From positions 1 to 55,767 of IMG/VR virus record IMGVR_UViG_3300021197_000751: a DNA stretch of 55,767 nt; one strand, 5' to 3'. A program made the translations under genes and the position numbers. The stretch comes from a virus. Its lineage: Duplodnaviria > Caudoviricetes. The notes beneath the pieces are model-generated. The model searched no databases. It saw only the letters and a list, made by a program, of their open reading frames with translations, and was not told the origin of the DNA. Shown here in pieces: positions 17,098-26,299 of this stretch. Numbering within the stretch: position 1 is the stretch's first letter; each line of letters starts with the position of its first letter.

Positions 17098-19551
17098 TCA
17101 CAGTCCTAAAAATGCGTCGTGTGAAATGACACGAACATGCTTTGGCATGATTGTCATCTCGCTCTTGATTACACCCTTATCTTCGGGGATTGGTAGCGGT
17201 GCTTCGCTGATGATGTAATCATCAACTACGATGATAACTTCTTCGCGATTAGCACCCGCACCTGCTTTAGTAAGAGTGAGTGTAATTGGTTCTGTGTGAC
17301 CGTGACTACGGTTAGTTCTGTATTCGTGCCATAGTAGCGGGTCGGAAACAATGATTGACAATTTCATTTCATATTCAACTTGTTTCTCAATAGTAAGGTT
17401 TGGATTGCGCGAACCGCCAAATGGAACTTGCTCAAGTGATTGACCAAGTGAGTTCCTTGATTCTCTAAACGAAGACCCGCGAACAGTCAAAAGGTTCTCG
17501 ATATTGTTGTTTCCTGTAAGTGCAAAGTTTGTGATTTGCGCGAGGTTAACACCGAAAGCGCTAATCTGTCCGTTGTAAAAGAAGAACGGCTTCTCGGTGT
17601 TTGGTGCGATACCTGCCTTCTTTCGTTCTGCTTTACCGTTAGCGATGTTCTCAAACATTCGATGAGTGCTGTATCTGTCACCTTTGTTGCTGTTCTCAAG
17701 ACGGCCTGTATCTGTGTAGCAATATAGCGCATCAAAGTTAACTGATAGTTTAACTTCTGCATCCGCGTCTGCGGCAAGTGAAAAGTCCTTTACTTTACAT
17801 CCTCGCCAAATACGAGTTAGTTGCTTGTTGTCGGATGCTGAACCCGGTGCGGCTACGCTACCTGTTGCGCTTGCATTGTAAGAGCCGGTGTTGCGCGTTC
17901 GCATACTTGACTCAAGAGTGAATGAAGGAACGGTTGGTCCTTGAAATATCAAACGCGACATTCGATTTTGGATTTCTCCATAAGAACCCGCAGTAGTGTT
18001 GAAGTTAGGAGAGCCGGTTGTGTTATCATCCGCGTAAGCACAAACCTTCTGTGTCATGTTTGCAACAGCGTGGTCGAAGGTGAATGGTTCATCAACATAG
18101 ATTCGCTTACCAACAGCATCATGCAAAATGACACGGCGGATTTCATTGCGTTCTGCGTTCTGCATATCAACACCGAGTCCATCAGCGCTACCCCATTTCT
18201 TAGAACCTGCGGCTTCTGCTCGGTCTGTTGGGAACTCAACTGCTGTTGCATCAACGATGAGTAAGTATTCTCCTGCACTTGGCGCGGTAGAAGGAGTCAT
18301 AGTTCCTGTGTATTCAAAGTAAGTATCACCTGCGGCAATAGGTAATTCAGTATAACCACCGGCACATGTTGCTTTGACAGTAGATGGTTCATCAACAACC
18401 TGCGCGCCGAGGGCATAGTATAACCAACGAGCGCTGTTCATCATGGTTTCGATAGCGCCACCTTCGTTCTTCATGCTTTGAGGTTCTTGGATGACAACAT
18501 CACGACCAAGACCAATAACATGGCTTCGACGGATTTCGACTTTGGTTTCCGGTAGTGATACCGTAGCGGCAAGACCTACGAATTGGTCTGTGAGAACAGA
18601 CTCGTCCGATAGTTTAGCGCTTGCGTTGTAAGTCATTCCTGTGTCCATTGTAGGTGTTCCGATTGTGTCAATGAGTATTTCGTCATTATTATTTGATGCA
18701 CCATTCTCTTTCATCTTTGGAGTGACTGTGATAACATTAGCGCTATTGGCTACAATGGTGTATGTATTACCTGTTGTAGCGTAATCGTCAGCGTCATAAT
18801 TTGCGGTTGAACCTCTTACGCGAAGTTGAGAACCAACAAGCATTCCCGCAGGATATTTGAGATTACCATTTGCGTCGAACATTCCGCTTGTTGCTTGTGT
18901 AAATGTAATATCTGTGCAATCAGCGTTGTCGCTGTTGGTTGATTTTGTCATCACCAAACCACCTGCTGTAAGAGTTGCTACGGTTGCTGTTCCGCCTGTT
19001 CCTGTTCCAAGAGTCAAAACATCTCCGATAACATACCCTTTACCACCGGCAGGAGCGCCCGCTGTAAGAGCAGTAATGACACCATTAGCAACAGCCGTGA
19101 CTACAACTTTGAAACCACTTCCTGCACCACCTGTCCCCATAGTGACTACATCGCTTACAGCGTGTGTAGCGCCACCTGCGGTGACAGTATATGTTAGAAC
19201 ACCACCTGTGCCGGAAACAGTATTGATAGTAATTGCTAACCCTGTTCCGCTACCTGTTGACGCGGATTGGGTGACTGTATTAGTTCCTGCATAACCCGAA
19301 CCTGCGTCATCAACTCCCGAACTTGTCACTACGCCGTTTGCAATTGAGGCAATAGCAACTGTCGCGTCACCATCACCGCTACCGCCGGTCGTAGCGACCG
19401 TAGCAACAGAATACCCCGAACCCGCAGTTGTAGGAGCAGTAGTTAGTGTCGCTACGACACCACCACCAAATGCGCCGTGTTTAAGCGCTACTCCGCATTC
19501 ATGTCCGAATGTTATTTCTGCTAAATCTCCTTTGTAGACTGTCGATACCAT
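17098..19551 (-). CDS. Major tail tube protein with large inserted domains
   Basis: 817 aa between the tail-completion and chaperone genes. Has tube-like segments (WRGCKVKDFSL...VKLSVNFDA; PLPIPEDKGVIKSEMTI) and G/T/A-rich inserts. Confidence 0.7.
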   Translation of the reverse strand: MVSTVYKGDLAEITFGHECGVALKHGAFGGGVVATLTTAPTTAGSGYSVATVATTGGSGDGDATVAIASIANGVVTSSGVDDAGSGYAGTNTVTQSASTGSGTGLAITINTVSGTGGVLTYTVTAGGATHAVSDVVTMGTGGAGSGFKVVVTAVANGVITALTAGAPAGGKGYVIGDVLTLGTGTGGTATVATLTAGGLVMTKSTNSDNADCTDITFTQATSGMFDANGNLKYPAGMLVGSQLRVRGSTANYDADDYATTGNTYTIVANSANVITVTPKMKENGASNNNDEILIDTIGTPTMDTGMTYNASAKLSDESVLTDQFVGLAATVSLPETKVEIRRSHVIGLGRDVVIQEPQSMKNEGGAIETMMNSARWLYYALGAQVVDEPSTVKATCAGGYTELPIAAGDTYFEYTGTMTPSTAPSAGEYLLIVDATAVEFPTDRAEAAGSKKWGSADGLGVDMQNAERNEIRRVILHDAVGKRIYVDEPFTFDHAVANMTQKVCAYADDNTTGSPNFNTTAGSYGEIQNRMSRLIFQGPTVPSFTLESSMRTRNTGSYNASATGSVAAPGSASDNKQLTRIWRGCKVKDFSLAADADAEVKLSVNFDALYCYTDTGRLENSNKGDRYSTHRMFENIANGKAERKKAGIAPNTEKPFFFYNGQISAFGVNLAQITNFALTGNNNIENLLTVRGSSFRESRNSLGQSLEQVPFGGSRNPNLTIEKQVEYEMKLSIIVSDPLLWHEYRTNRSHGHTEPITLTLTKAGAGANREEVIIVVDDYIISEAPLPIPEDKGVIKSEMTIMPKHVRVISHDAFLGL

Positions 19552-19570
19552 CTTGTTTCCCTCATTATTC

Positions 19571-20011
19571 TTATGCTATTAGTTCGCTGAAAATTACTAT
19601 CTCAACTTGAAATGTCATGCGATGCAACCGCTTCGTTCGGTCCGAAAGGTCAGTTCGTGTTTTATAGAGTAATCGGTCAAAATTAGCCCCATCACCCTTT
19701 CTGTTCGTGTGAACGATACGCCGAATCTCATCTTCTATTTTTGACAACTGTGCGCGCCCCTCCATAGTCCGAGCATCAACTGTCACATTTATACGCGTGT
19801 GAACGAAGTCATAAAACACTTCGGGTTGCTCTTCATTATGCGCTGTTTCGTATAGAACGATAGCGTCCGAACGGGATAAATCAAGACGCTTACCACCCGG
19901 TTCAACGGTAGTTATGTCTTGGATGGTTGGTTTCCTTTGCGATGTATTACCGCGATTCCAACCATCATCGAATAATTTTTTGATAAGTTCTATTGATTCA
20001 AGACCCATCAA
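19571..20011 (-). CDS. Putative tail terminator/completion protein
   Basis: 146 aa just upstream of the tail tube, with a beta-helix-beta pattern (INVTVDART...IEDEIRRIV...RMTFQVEIV). Confidence 0.6.
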   Translation of the reverse strand: MMGLESIELIKKLFDDGWNRGNTSQRKPTIQDITTVEPGGKRLDLSRSDAIVLYETAHNEEQPEVFYDFVHTRINVTVDARTMEGRAQLSKIEDEIRRIVHTNRKGDGANFDRLLYKTRTDLSDRTKRLHRMTFQVEIVIFSELIA

Positions 20012-20274
20012 ATATCCCTCCCGATAGGACTTTCATTGGCCGCTTGCTTCATAGCGGCCTCTATGATTGAATTGTAATCGGGATGTTTTGAATCCATTTT
20101 AGACCCATTTTTAAGCAGTATATTGCCTTCTCTATCAACCTCATATCCCATAGCATCTGCCGTCGCTATGAGAAAAATACGACCTTCGTTGCCGTATATT
20201 GACATTTTTCTTACTTCTCGTAGCGGAACTGCTAACTGCTTGAGCATAGCATCTTTATCATACAACTCACTCAA
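20008..20274 (-). CDS. Hypothetical neck-region protein
   Basis: 88-aa ORF overlapping both neighbours. Confidence 0.7.
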   Translation of the reverse strand: MSELYDKDAMLKQLAVPLREVRKMSIYGNEGRIFLIATADAMGYEVDREGNILLKNGSKMDSKHPDYNSIIEAAMKQAANESPIGRDI

Positions 20275-21856
20275 GCGTCATCACCTCAACATATCGCGGT
20301 AAGGTTTCCGCTACTTGAGCCTTTAGGAGTTGGTATTTTGAACCTAAATCAACATTTTGTGTTCCTTCGGGCAGTAGAACGCTACGGTCGTCGGATAGAA
20401 TCAAATCCATCGCTACAAGTTTAGTGCAAATATCTTCAATGGCTTTCTCCACATAGCGCTCTCCGTAGACATAAGAAACTTTGACAGCGTTCCATGAGAA
20501 GTAAGGATAAGTGTTATTGAAGTAGATAATACCTAAATCATAATCAGCCCACCAATCTCGCAAACGCGCTTCGTCACCTGTTGAACCTCCAACATAATCA
20601 ATGCTGAATCGAGTTTGATTTACAGAAGCACCACCTGTTGCCGCCGCGCTTATATCTCCTGTTAGGTCGGCAACACCGTTTAGCACATTACCTGTTTTAC
20701 TTGTGTAATATCCAATGGCCGAACCAATTTTAATAAGACCGAAATCAACAAAAGGTGACGCGTCAGTAAGAGTTATTTCGGTTGCGGTTGAAGATACCAC
20801 AGTTCCTACAAAGGAATTAGCACCTGTGATACTGATACCGTCCTCGTCTGTTATAGCGATAGTAGCGGTTTCTCCTGCATCACCACGACGCATACTTGTG
20901 ATTTTGATTTGTCCTCCACCGTAGTCTGCGTTTGCGGATGACATAAACTCATGATGCACATTGGCAACAACTGAACCATCGTCTGCTTCTGCGTCTTCAA
21001 GACTAAATGAAGGAGAGAATGAAGTTGCTTCTTTACCACGCCTCAAATCTTTGTTGATGAGGTCGGATAATTGTTGCGCGGTTGTGACATTATCAAATTG
21101 AGCATTGAACTTTGATTTGGTAGTCCCCGCTGTGAGAGTAGCGATACCGCCACCACCGGGGCAAAGATACACTTTGTCGGTATCTGCTGTAAGTTTAGTG
21201 AAATCAAGAACTTTCAAACGCACTTCTGCACAAGCAATTTCGCGATACTCATGCCCTTGCCATACTTCAAGCCTCATGATTTGCTGAACATTGCGAAAGT
21301 AAAGAGGGACAGAACCGACATAATCCGTATAATATCGTCGTCGGTAAGGCTTGTAAGTATCGAAATTGACATATTCTGCTGTTTGTAGCATAGGTCGCCA
21401 TGAATTGTTTGTGAGGTTGTCTATTTTGTCTTGAGTTCGCTGAATCAATGTTTCAACTTGTTTCTTTGTAATGCCTTTACGCCTACCATTTGTGAATGAT
21501 TGTAGCGGTTGAATATACGCTTCGTCTGCTATGTCGTAATCGCCCGTTGTTCCACCAACCCATGTTATGACGACATTACTACCATCACGGTCAATGTCGG
21601 TTATAGTGACTTCTTCTCCCATTTCACTATTACTTGCGATTTCAATTTTATCTCCGACTTCAAAGCCGGTGTGTCTGTAATCGCTTGCTGTGATAGTAGC
21701 AGTTGTAGCGCCTGTGTTAGAATCACTTACGAGATAAACAGGGTCGGGTAGAGGTATCTGTAAAATGTCCGCTACCTTCTGTGCTGATGTATAGTATAAG
21801 CGCGTAGGGTCAAGTGGTCTTGATGCTCGCTCTCCTGTTTGAAATACGGTTGGCAT
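20267..21856 (-). CDS. Head-tail connector/adaptor protein with insertions
   Basis: N-terminal YYTSAQKVADIL, central LIQRTQDKIDNLT, and C-terminal YVYG...AIEDICTKLVA resemble adaptor proteins. Located in the neck region. Confidence 0.65.
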   Translation of the reverse strand: MPTVFQTGERASRPLDPTRLYYTSAQKVADILQIPLPDPVYLVSDSNTGATTATITASDYRHTGFEVGDKIEIASNSEMGEEVTITDIDRDGSNVVITWVGGTTGDYDIADEAYIQPLQSFTNGRRKGITKKQVETLIQRTQDKIDNLTNNSWRPMLQTAEYVNFDTYKPYRRRYYTDYVGSVPLYFRNVQQIMRLEVWQGHEYREIACAEVRLKVLDFTKLTADTDKVYLCPGGGGIATLTAGTTKSKFNAQFDNVTTAQQLSDLINKDLRRGKEATSFSPSFSLEDAEADDGSVVANVHHEFMSSANADYGGGQIKITSMRRGDAGETATIAITDEDGISITGANSFVGTVVSSTATEITLTDASPFVDFGLIKIGSAIGYYTSKTGNVLNGVADLTGDISAAATGGASVNQTRFSIDYVGGSTGDEARLRDWWADYDLGIIYFNNTYPYFSWNAVKVSYVYGERYVEKAIEDICTKLVAMDLILSDDRSVLLPEGTQNVDLGSKYQLLKAQVAETLPRYVEVMTLE

Positions 21857-21858
21857 TA

Positions 21859-22089
21859 TTATCGCCCCTGCATCTTCGCCCTTTCTGCTTGCAGTTGCGC
21901 TTCTAACCTTTCTGCTTCTGCCCTCTTCTCTTCTATTTGTCTTCTAATCTCTTCAAAGTAAGGGTTGTATTCTTCTTGAACCCGTTGTGAATCTTTCGCT
22001 TGTTGTTCTTCTCTTTTTCGCTGTTCTTCTGCAAGCATTCTGCCAATTTCAGCAGGGTCATTTTTAAGAATTAAAATCCAATTCATCAA
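21859..22089 (-). CDS. Small coiled-coil hypothetical protein
   Basis: 76 aa, E/Q/R-rich, begins MMNWILILKND. Confidence 0.65.
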   Translation of the reverse strand: MMNWILILKNDPAEIGRMLAEEQRKREEQQAKDSQRVQEEYNPYFEEIRRQIEEKRAEAERLEAQLQAERAKMQGR

Positions 22090-22361
22090 ATCACCTTCTC
22101 AACCTTACCAAGATTGTATTCCATTGGTTTTTGACACGAACCACAGCGCTCAAGATAACAAAAATGAAGCATACCGCAATGACGACAACGAGTTCCGCTA
22201 CCGATGTTTAACACATCACGGATGTTGCGCGAACGAATGTTCTGCTTTTTGATAACGCCTTTGAGTTTATCTCGTTGATTAGGGTCAACACGGTCGCCTT
22301 CGTCTTGTGACCAACCTTGCTTAGCCATTCTGTGAATGTCTTGTGGTGTCAATCCCGTCAT
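22086..22361 (-). CDS. Zn-ribbon protein
   Basis: CRHCG...CGSCQ motif, with a GGTGA SD upstream. Confidence 0.75.
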   Translation of the reverse strand: MTGLTPQDIHRMAKQGWSQDEGDRVDPNQRDKLKGVIKKQNIRSRNIRDVLNIGSGTRCRHCGMLHFCYLERCGSCQKPMEYNLGKVEKVI

Positions 22362-22371
22362 GCTATCACCG

Positions 22372-22539
22372 TCATTGTCGGACGGCTACCACATAGATGT
22401 TTCCTTGACATTGGTATGCAGTAATTGCGTGAATACCTGCGGCGCTGTCGTTTAACACTTTAGCAATACCACCGGCAACGGTGTTAACCGTTTCACAAGC
22501 CTCGTTAGGCGTGAACTCATGAACTGTGACAGAAGGCAA
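22372..22539 (-). CDS. Small hypothetical protein (55 aa) absent from the ORF track
   Basis: TTG start with AGGTGA SD. Reads MPSVTVHEFTPNEACETVNTVAGGIAKVLNDSAAGIHAITAYQCQGNIYVVAVRQ* and fills the gap between its neighbours. Confidence 0.75.
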   Translation of the reverse strand: MPSVTVHEFTPNEACETVNTVAGGIAKVLNDSAAGIHAITAYQCQGNIYVVAVRQ

Positions 22540-22550
22540 GGTGAATCACC

Positions 22551-22799
22551 TTATCTCTTACCAATTGCAAACAGTTTTCCACCTGCGGCTACACCGGGGT
22601 CGGCGTGAACTACTGTGGTCCCATTGATAGCGGTTGTCGCGTTTGCACCTGCGGTTGCCTTGATAGCGCATACTTGAGCGAATAAAATCTCACTCATAAA
22701 TGCGCTAAGGTCTGTGCTTGTGTCACCATTCGCGACTGTTCCGGTAATTACCAATAAGTCTCCTAATGTGTGTGGTCTGTTATCGCTTGTAAATGCCAT
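22551..22799 (-). CDS. Small beta-rich protein, putative head decoration
   Basis: 82 aa, A/T/G-rich, downstream of MCP. Confidence 0.6.
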   Translation of the reverse strand: MAFTSDNRPHTLGDLLVITGTVANGDTSTDLSAFMSEILFAQVCAIKATAGANATTAINGTTVVHADPGVAAGGKLFAIGKR

Positions 22800-23185
22800 T
22801 ATTCTTCATCTCCTGTTGTGTTATCCATATCGCCTTCGCTCATAGAGTCTTCGGTATCTTCGGGTGGGTTAAGGTGTGCTTCGACTTTAGCGAGCAACTT
22901 TGCTTTGGTGTTCAATGCGCCGTATTCTACGCCGTTATCGTCCATCCAAGTCATAATGTCGCCCTTAGTCCACTTCATGTCGGGAATACCGTCATTACCT
23001 TCATCTTCTTTAGCAACAGGTAGCGCGAAAAGCACACCGTCCACTAAGAAGTCACCAACAAGCATTTTCGCATAATGGTCAACCCATTCTTGCGTTTTGC
23101 TTTCTGCTTTACCCCAAGTCCAAAACCCTAAGCGACCCATATTGCGACCCGCTTTGTGCGGACCTTTGTAAATCACCGTAGGCAA
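22799..23185 (-). CDS. Protein with a HeH/LEM-like helical motif and an acidic tail
   Basis: WTKGDIMTWMDDNGVEYGALNTKAKLLAKV. TTG start with GAGGTGA SD. Confidence 0.6.
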   Translation of the reverse strand: MPTVIYKGPHKAGRNMGRLGFWTWGKAESKTQEWVDHYAKMLVGDFLVDGVLFALPVAKEDEGNDGIPDMKWTKGDIMTWMDDNGVEYGALNTKAKLLAKVEAHLNPPEDTEDSMSEGDMDNTTGDEE

Positions 23186-23196
23186 GTGGAATCACC

Positions 23197-23682
23197 TCAT
23201 GCACCGAGCAATAGAACAGTCACTTGCACTACTTGATTACCTGCTTCGGAATCCAAGATAAGACAAGGCAATGCTCCACCTGTTGCGAGAGGCGCTACTG
23301 TATCGTCTGCACCCACTTTACCTGTGTTAGTCATTGTGATTGTAATGTCTTTCGCGGCTGTTGCCGAAGCATACCCGATAATTCCGAGAATCTTTGAAGC
23401 ACCTGCTGAAAACAATAGAGGTTCAACAGTTGCCGCTTGAACGACATTTACTGTAAAAGTGACCAATCGTGGTCCTCCGTTGTTTGCTCGGTCTGTTTGT
23501 TGAGGACCGAATGAATCAGTCAACGCTCCATCACCCGGATAAGACGCACCGAGCCATGTTGTTTCATCGACAGGTGTTCCTTGTCTCAAGTCAATATCAG
23601 CAAGAATGTCAACGAGCGTAAAATCGCTGTCGGCTACTTTAATGCTAAGTCCATTTTCTGTTGTTGTTGTTGTTGCTACCAT
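23197..23682 (-). CDS. Putative capsid decoration/minor head protein
   Basis: 161-aa beta-rich ORF directly after MCP. Confidence 0.55.
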   Translation of the reverse strand: MVATTTTTENGLSIKVADSDFTLVDILADIDLRQGTPVDETTWLGASYPGDGALTDSFGPQQTDRANNGGPRLVTFTVNVVQAATVEPLLFSAGASKILGIIGYASATAAKDITITMTNTGKVGADDTVAPLATGGALPCLILDSEAGNQVVQVTVLLLGA

Positions 23683-23697
23683 CTTTCATCATCTCCT

Positions 23698-24837
23698 TCA
23701 TTGTAGGTCGCGAATTGAACCGCTTGCACCAAAGAAACTACCCCATAGTTCACCCATAGTTCGGTAAAGCCCTTCTTGGCCGAGCCTGTTAATCGCGAAT
23801 GGGTCGCCGGTTTCGATACCGGATTCAAAGTATTGTGTCGGAATTGCAGTTTGGAACCACAAGTAATCAGTATCAAGGTAATAGATACGAGATAGTGTGT
23901 TTGCACCTTCATCCGGCATATCCTTTGTTGGGATAATAGGAACTCCATTGTATGTAGCAACAATAAATCCTGCTTCAATACCCGGAACACCCTTCACACC
24001 GGAGTATGTAGGAGTGATTCTCTTGGAGTCCATGAATCGCTGTTGAGATTGCAACAGTTGTTGAGCGCGCATAAGCGTATCATATCCTGTTAGCATAACC
24101 TTTGGATTACCACCGCGAGTCCAAATCTGTTGGAATAATCCATCAAGTTGGTTTAGCGATAGGTTTCGGTTAGCCGCCGCAATATCTACTTCTGCGCTAT
24201 GGAAATCTTTGCTACCGTCGCGAGTAATAGAATACATATCGTGGTCAGTAGTAGCGCTTACATGGCCTGTTCCTGTGGTCATCTTATCCGGGTCGGATGT
24301 AAGACGGTCAAGGGATTCAAAGTTGTTTCCGGCAGGAGTGTCAACATCAACAAGAAGCATCTTGTTAACCATTTCAGCGTGATGCTTACCCATTTCTTCT
24401 TTGAGAACTTGGCGAACATCTCCAAGACCGTCATCCTTGTCGGACAAGAACATGCTCACTTCGGACAAGTCAAAAGTGTGCGCGATGGTCTTTGGTTTTG
24501 CGGCAACATGAAGGAACTCCGGCCTCTTGGTGTCCGGTAGCGTTCCGTTTTCTGCAATACCGCCTGTGACTCCGCTTTCAGCGCGCTCGGTTAGAATACG
24601 CCATCCACTTCGCTCCCACGGCTTCTTAGGTAGAATAGAGAAGGCGTTGAACTCTTGGTTCAATTGTGACCAAACCTTACGACCGTAGACCGCTTGGTAA
24701 GTTCCGGCTGTGGTTGACATCATTGGGCTATCTGCTTTGAGAATGTCCCCTGCGCCGTAGGTGTAGCCTGTTTGAGCCGCACCACCGTAGTAGTATCTTT
24801 CCATATCTTGAACTGTTCTTACATAATTTCGTGCCAT
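23698..24837 (-). CDS. Major capsid protein (HK97 fold)
   Basis: About 379 aa after the protease/scaffold gene, likely starting MARNYVRT. HK97-like pattern: GGIAENGTLP, KTIAHTFDLSE, YNGVPIIPTKDMP, IYYLDTDYL. Confidence 0.9.
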   Translation of the reverse strand: MARNYVRTVQDMERYYYGGAAQTGYTYGAGDILKADSPMMSTTAGTYQAVYGRKVWSQLNQEFNAFSILPKKPWERSGWRILTERAESGVTGGIAENGTLPDTKRPEFLHVAAKPKTIAHTFDLSEVSMFLSDKDDGLGDVRQVLKEEMGKHHAEMVNKMLLVDVDTPAGNNFESLDRLTSDPDKMTTGTGHVSATTDHDMYSITRDGSKDFHSAEVDIAAANRNLSLNQLDGLFQQIWTRGGNPKVMLTGYDTLMRAQQLLQSQQRFMDSKRITPTYSGVKGVPGIEAGFIVATYNGVPIIPTKDMPDEGANTLSRIYYLDTDYLWFQTAIPTQYFESGIETGDPFAINRLGQEGLYRTMGELWGSFFGASGSIRDLQ

Positions 24838-24842
24838 ATATT

Positions 24843-26273
24843 TCACTCTCCCCTCAATGCTTTGTCGGCCATGCGGTGAACATCGTCCCACGACATATTA
24901 GCCATTTCCGTAGTATCGGGAATTGTAATTGATGTAGTCGAAGCACTCTTAGTGAGTGTTTCTCCGCTACCGGATGAAACGCGGTTGATGCGCTCATCAA
25001 GTGCAACAACAGCCTTTTGCAATTCAAGAAGAGGTTTGCGGGAGTCAAACTTTGCTCGCGCTTTCTCATTCTTTGCAATTCGCTGTTCTTTGGATAGGCG
25101 GTCTGCGAAGTAATCTCCGAGAGAGCCTTTGAATTGTTGTTCAACGGATGCGGCCTTGTAGACTTCGTAAGCCGCTTCAATATCGGATTGAGAAACATTT
25201 TCGGGCATAATAAAATCTTCACCCTTAATGACATTCTTGTTTCCGCTTGGAGCGCTACCCCAATTCTGCTTAGGTCGCTTTGAGGACTCGCCTTCACCTG
25301 CTCCTTCAAGAGAACCTTGTCCTCTATGGTCGTAGCCGGATTGTCCGGGTCCATATCCTTTGTTCACGCTATCGAAATGAGCGCGAGCATCTGCAATATC
25401 ATGTCCGCCGGACTTTGCTGTTTGCTCAAGCCAATTAAGATAGTCCATTGTTATCATATCGTCTGCTTTGTTAGTCATATTCATGTCATCTCCATACATC
25501 ATATCGTCCGTTTCGTCATCTTCTTCCTCTTCCTCTTCGTCGCCTCCGAGGTCAAGTTTAGGTTTGTTGGACTTTGGTTTGTCACCGAATGGGCCGGGGC
25601 TACCGTCACCATCGGGGTCGAGTGATTCGGGCATTTTTGATTGGCCCTCTTTATCCTCGTCTTTCTTCTTTTTATCATCTTCTTCTTCATCCAATTTCTT
25701 GGATAGTCGTTCTAATACATTTTGTAGTTCACTCATTGGGTCGGTCATAGTATCACCTGTGTCCTCCTTTAGAATACGAAATTGCGCTTCGGGGTTAATA
25801 CCCTTCTCACAAATCGTCACCTCATGGAGTTCCATACGACGGATTTCACGGTAGTCACCGCGAGTAGCGTCGCTTTTGTTGACGCGCTCAAAGGCTTGAC
25901 CGCCTATTGAGAACGACCGTAGGTTGCCCTTACGGATTTCGGATGCAACTTCGCGGGCTTTTTCAATATCCCCGCGCAGTTGAATAACAACAAACATACC
26001 TGTGTCATCCACTTCGGATTTCCAAACACGACCGTTGCTATCTGTGTAAGAAGGAATAACCGTTCCTACTTGAATGTTAGAGTGTGCAAGTTGCACATTG
26101 CGGAATGCTTCTGCTTTCATGAATCCGCCAAATGCGTCTTTCAAAGCGCTACGAGTAATAAGGTCGCCTTGCTTGTCAACCATCTCGACAGAAGCATAGC
26201 CCGCTACAACCAAATCATCACCGAATCCCTTGAGAACAAGGGGTGAAGTGGGTGAAGGTGCGAGAATTGCCAT
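24843..26273 (-). CDS. Prohead maturation protease fused to an acidic scaffold region
   Basis: VAGYASVEMVDKQGDLI, His in LAHSN, Ser in SFSIGG and LHEVTICEKGINPEA match the HK97-type protease pattern. The C-terminus is acidic and coiled. Confidence 0.9.
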   Translation of the reverse strand: MAILAPSPTSPLVLKGFGDDLVVAGYASVEMVDKQGDLITRSALKDAFGGFMKAEAFRNVQLAHSNIQVGTVIPSYTDSNGRVWKSEVDDTGMFVVIQLRGDIEKAREVASEIRKGNLRSFSIGGQAFERVNKSDATRGDYREIRRMELHEVTICEKGINPEAQFRILKEDTGDTMTDPMSELQNVLERLSKKLDEEEDDKKKKDEDKEGQSKMPESLDPDGDGSPGPFGDKPKSNKPKLDLGGDEEEEEEDDETDDMMYGDDMNMTNKADDMITMDYLNWLEQTAKSGGHDIADARAHFDSVNKGYGPGQSGYDHRGQGSLEGAGEGESSKRPKQNWGSAPSGNKNVIKGEDFIMPENVSQSDIEAAYEVYKAASVEQQFKGSLGDYFADRLSKEQRIAKNEKARAKFDSRKPLLELQKAVVALDERINRVSSGSGETLTKSASTTSITIPDTTEMANMSWDDVHRMADKALRGE

Positions 26274-26299
26274 CGACTCGTTCAAGCGCTACAAGTATA

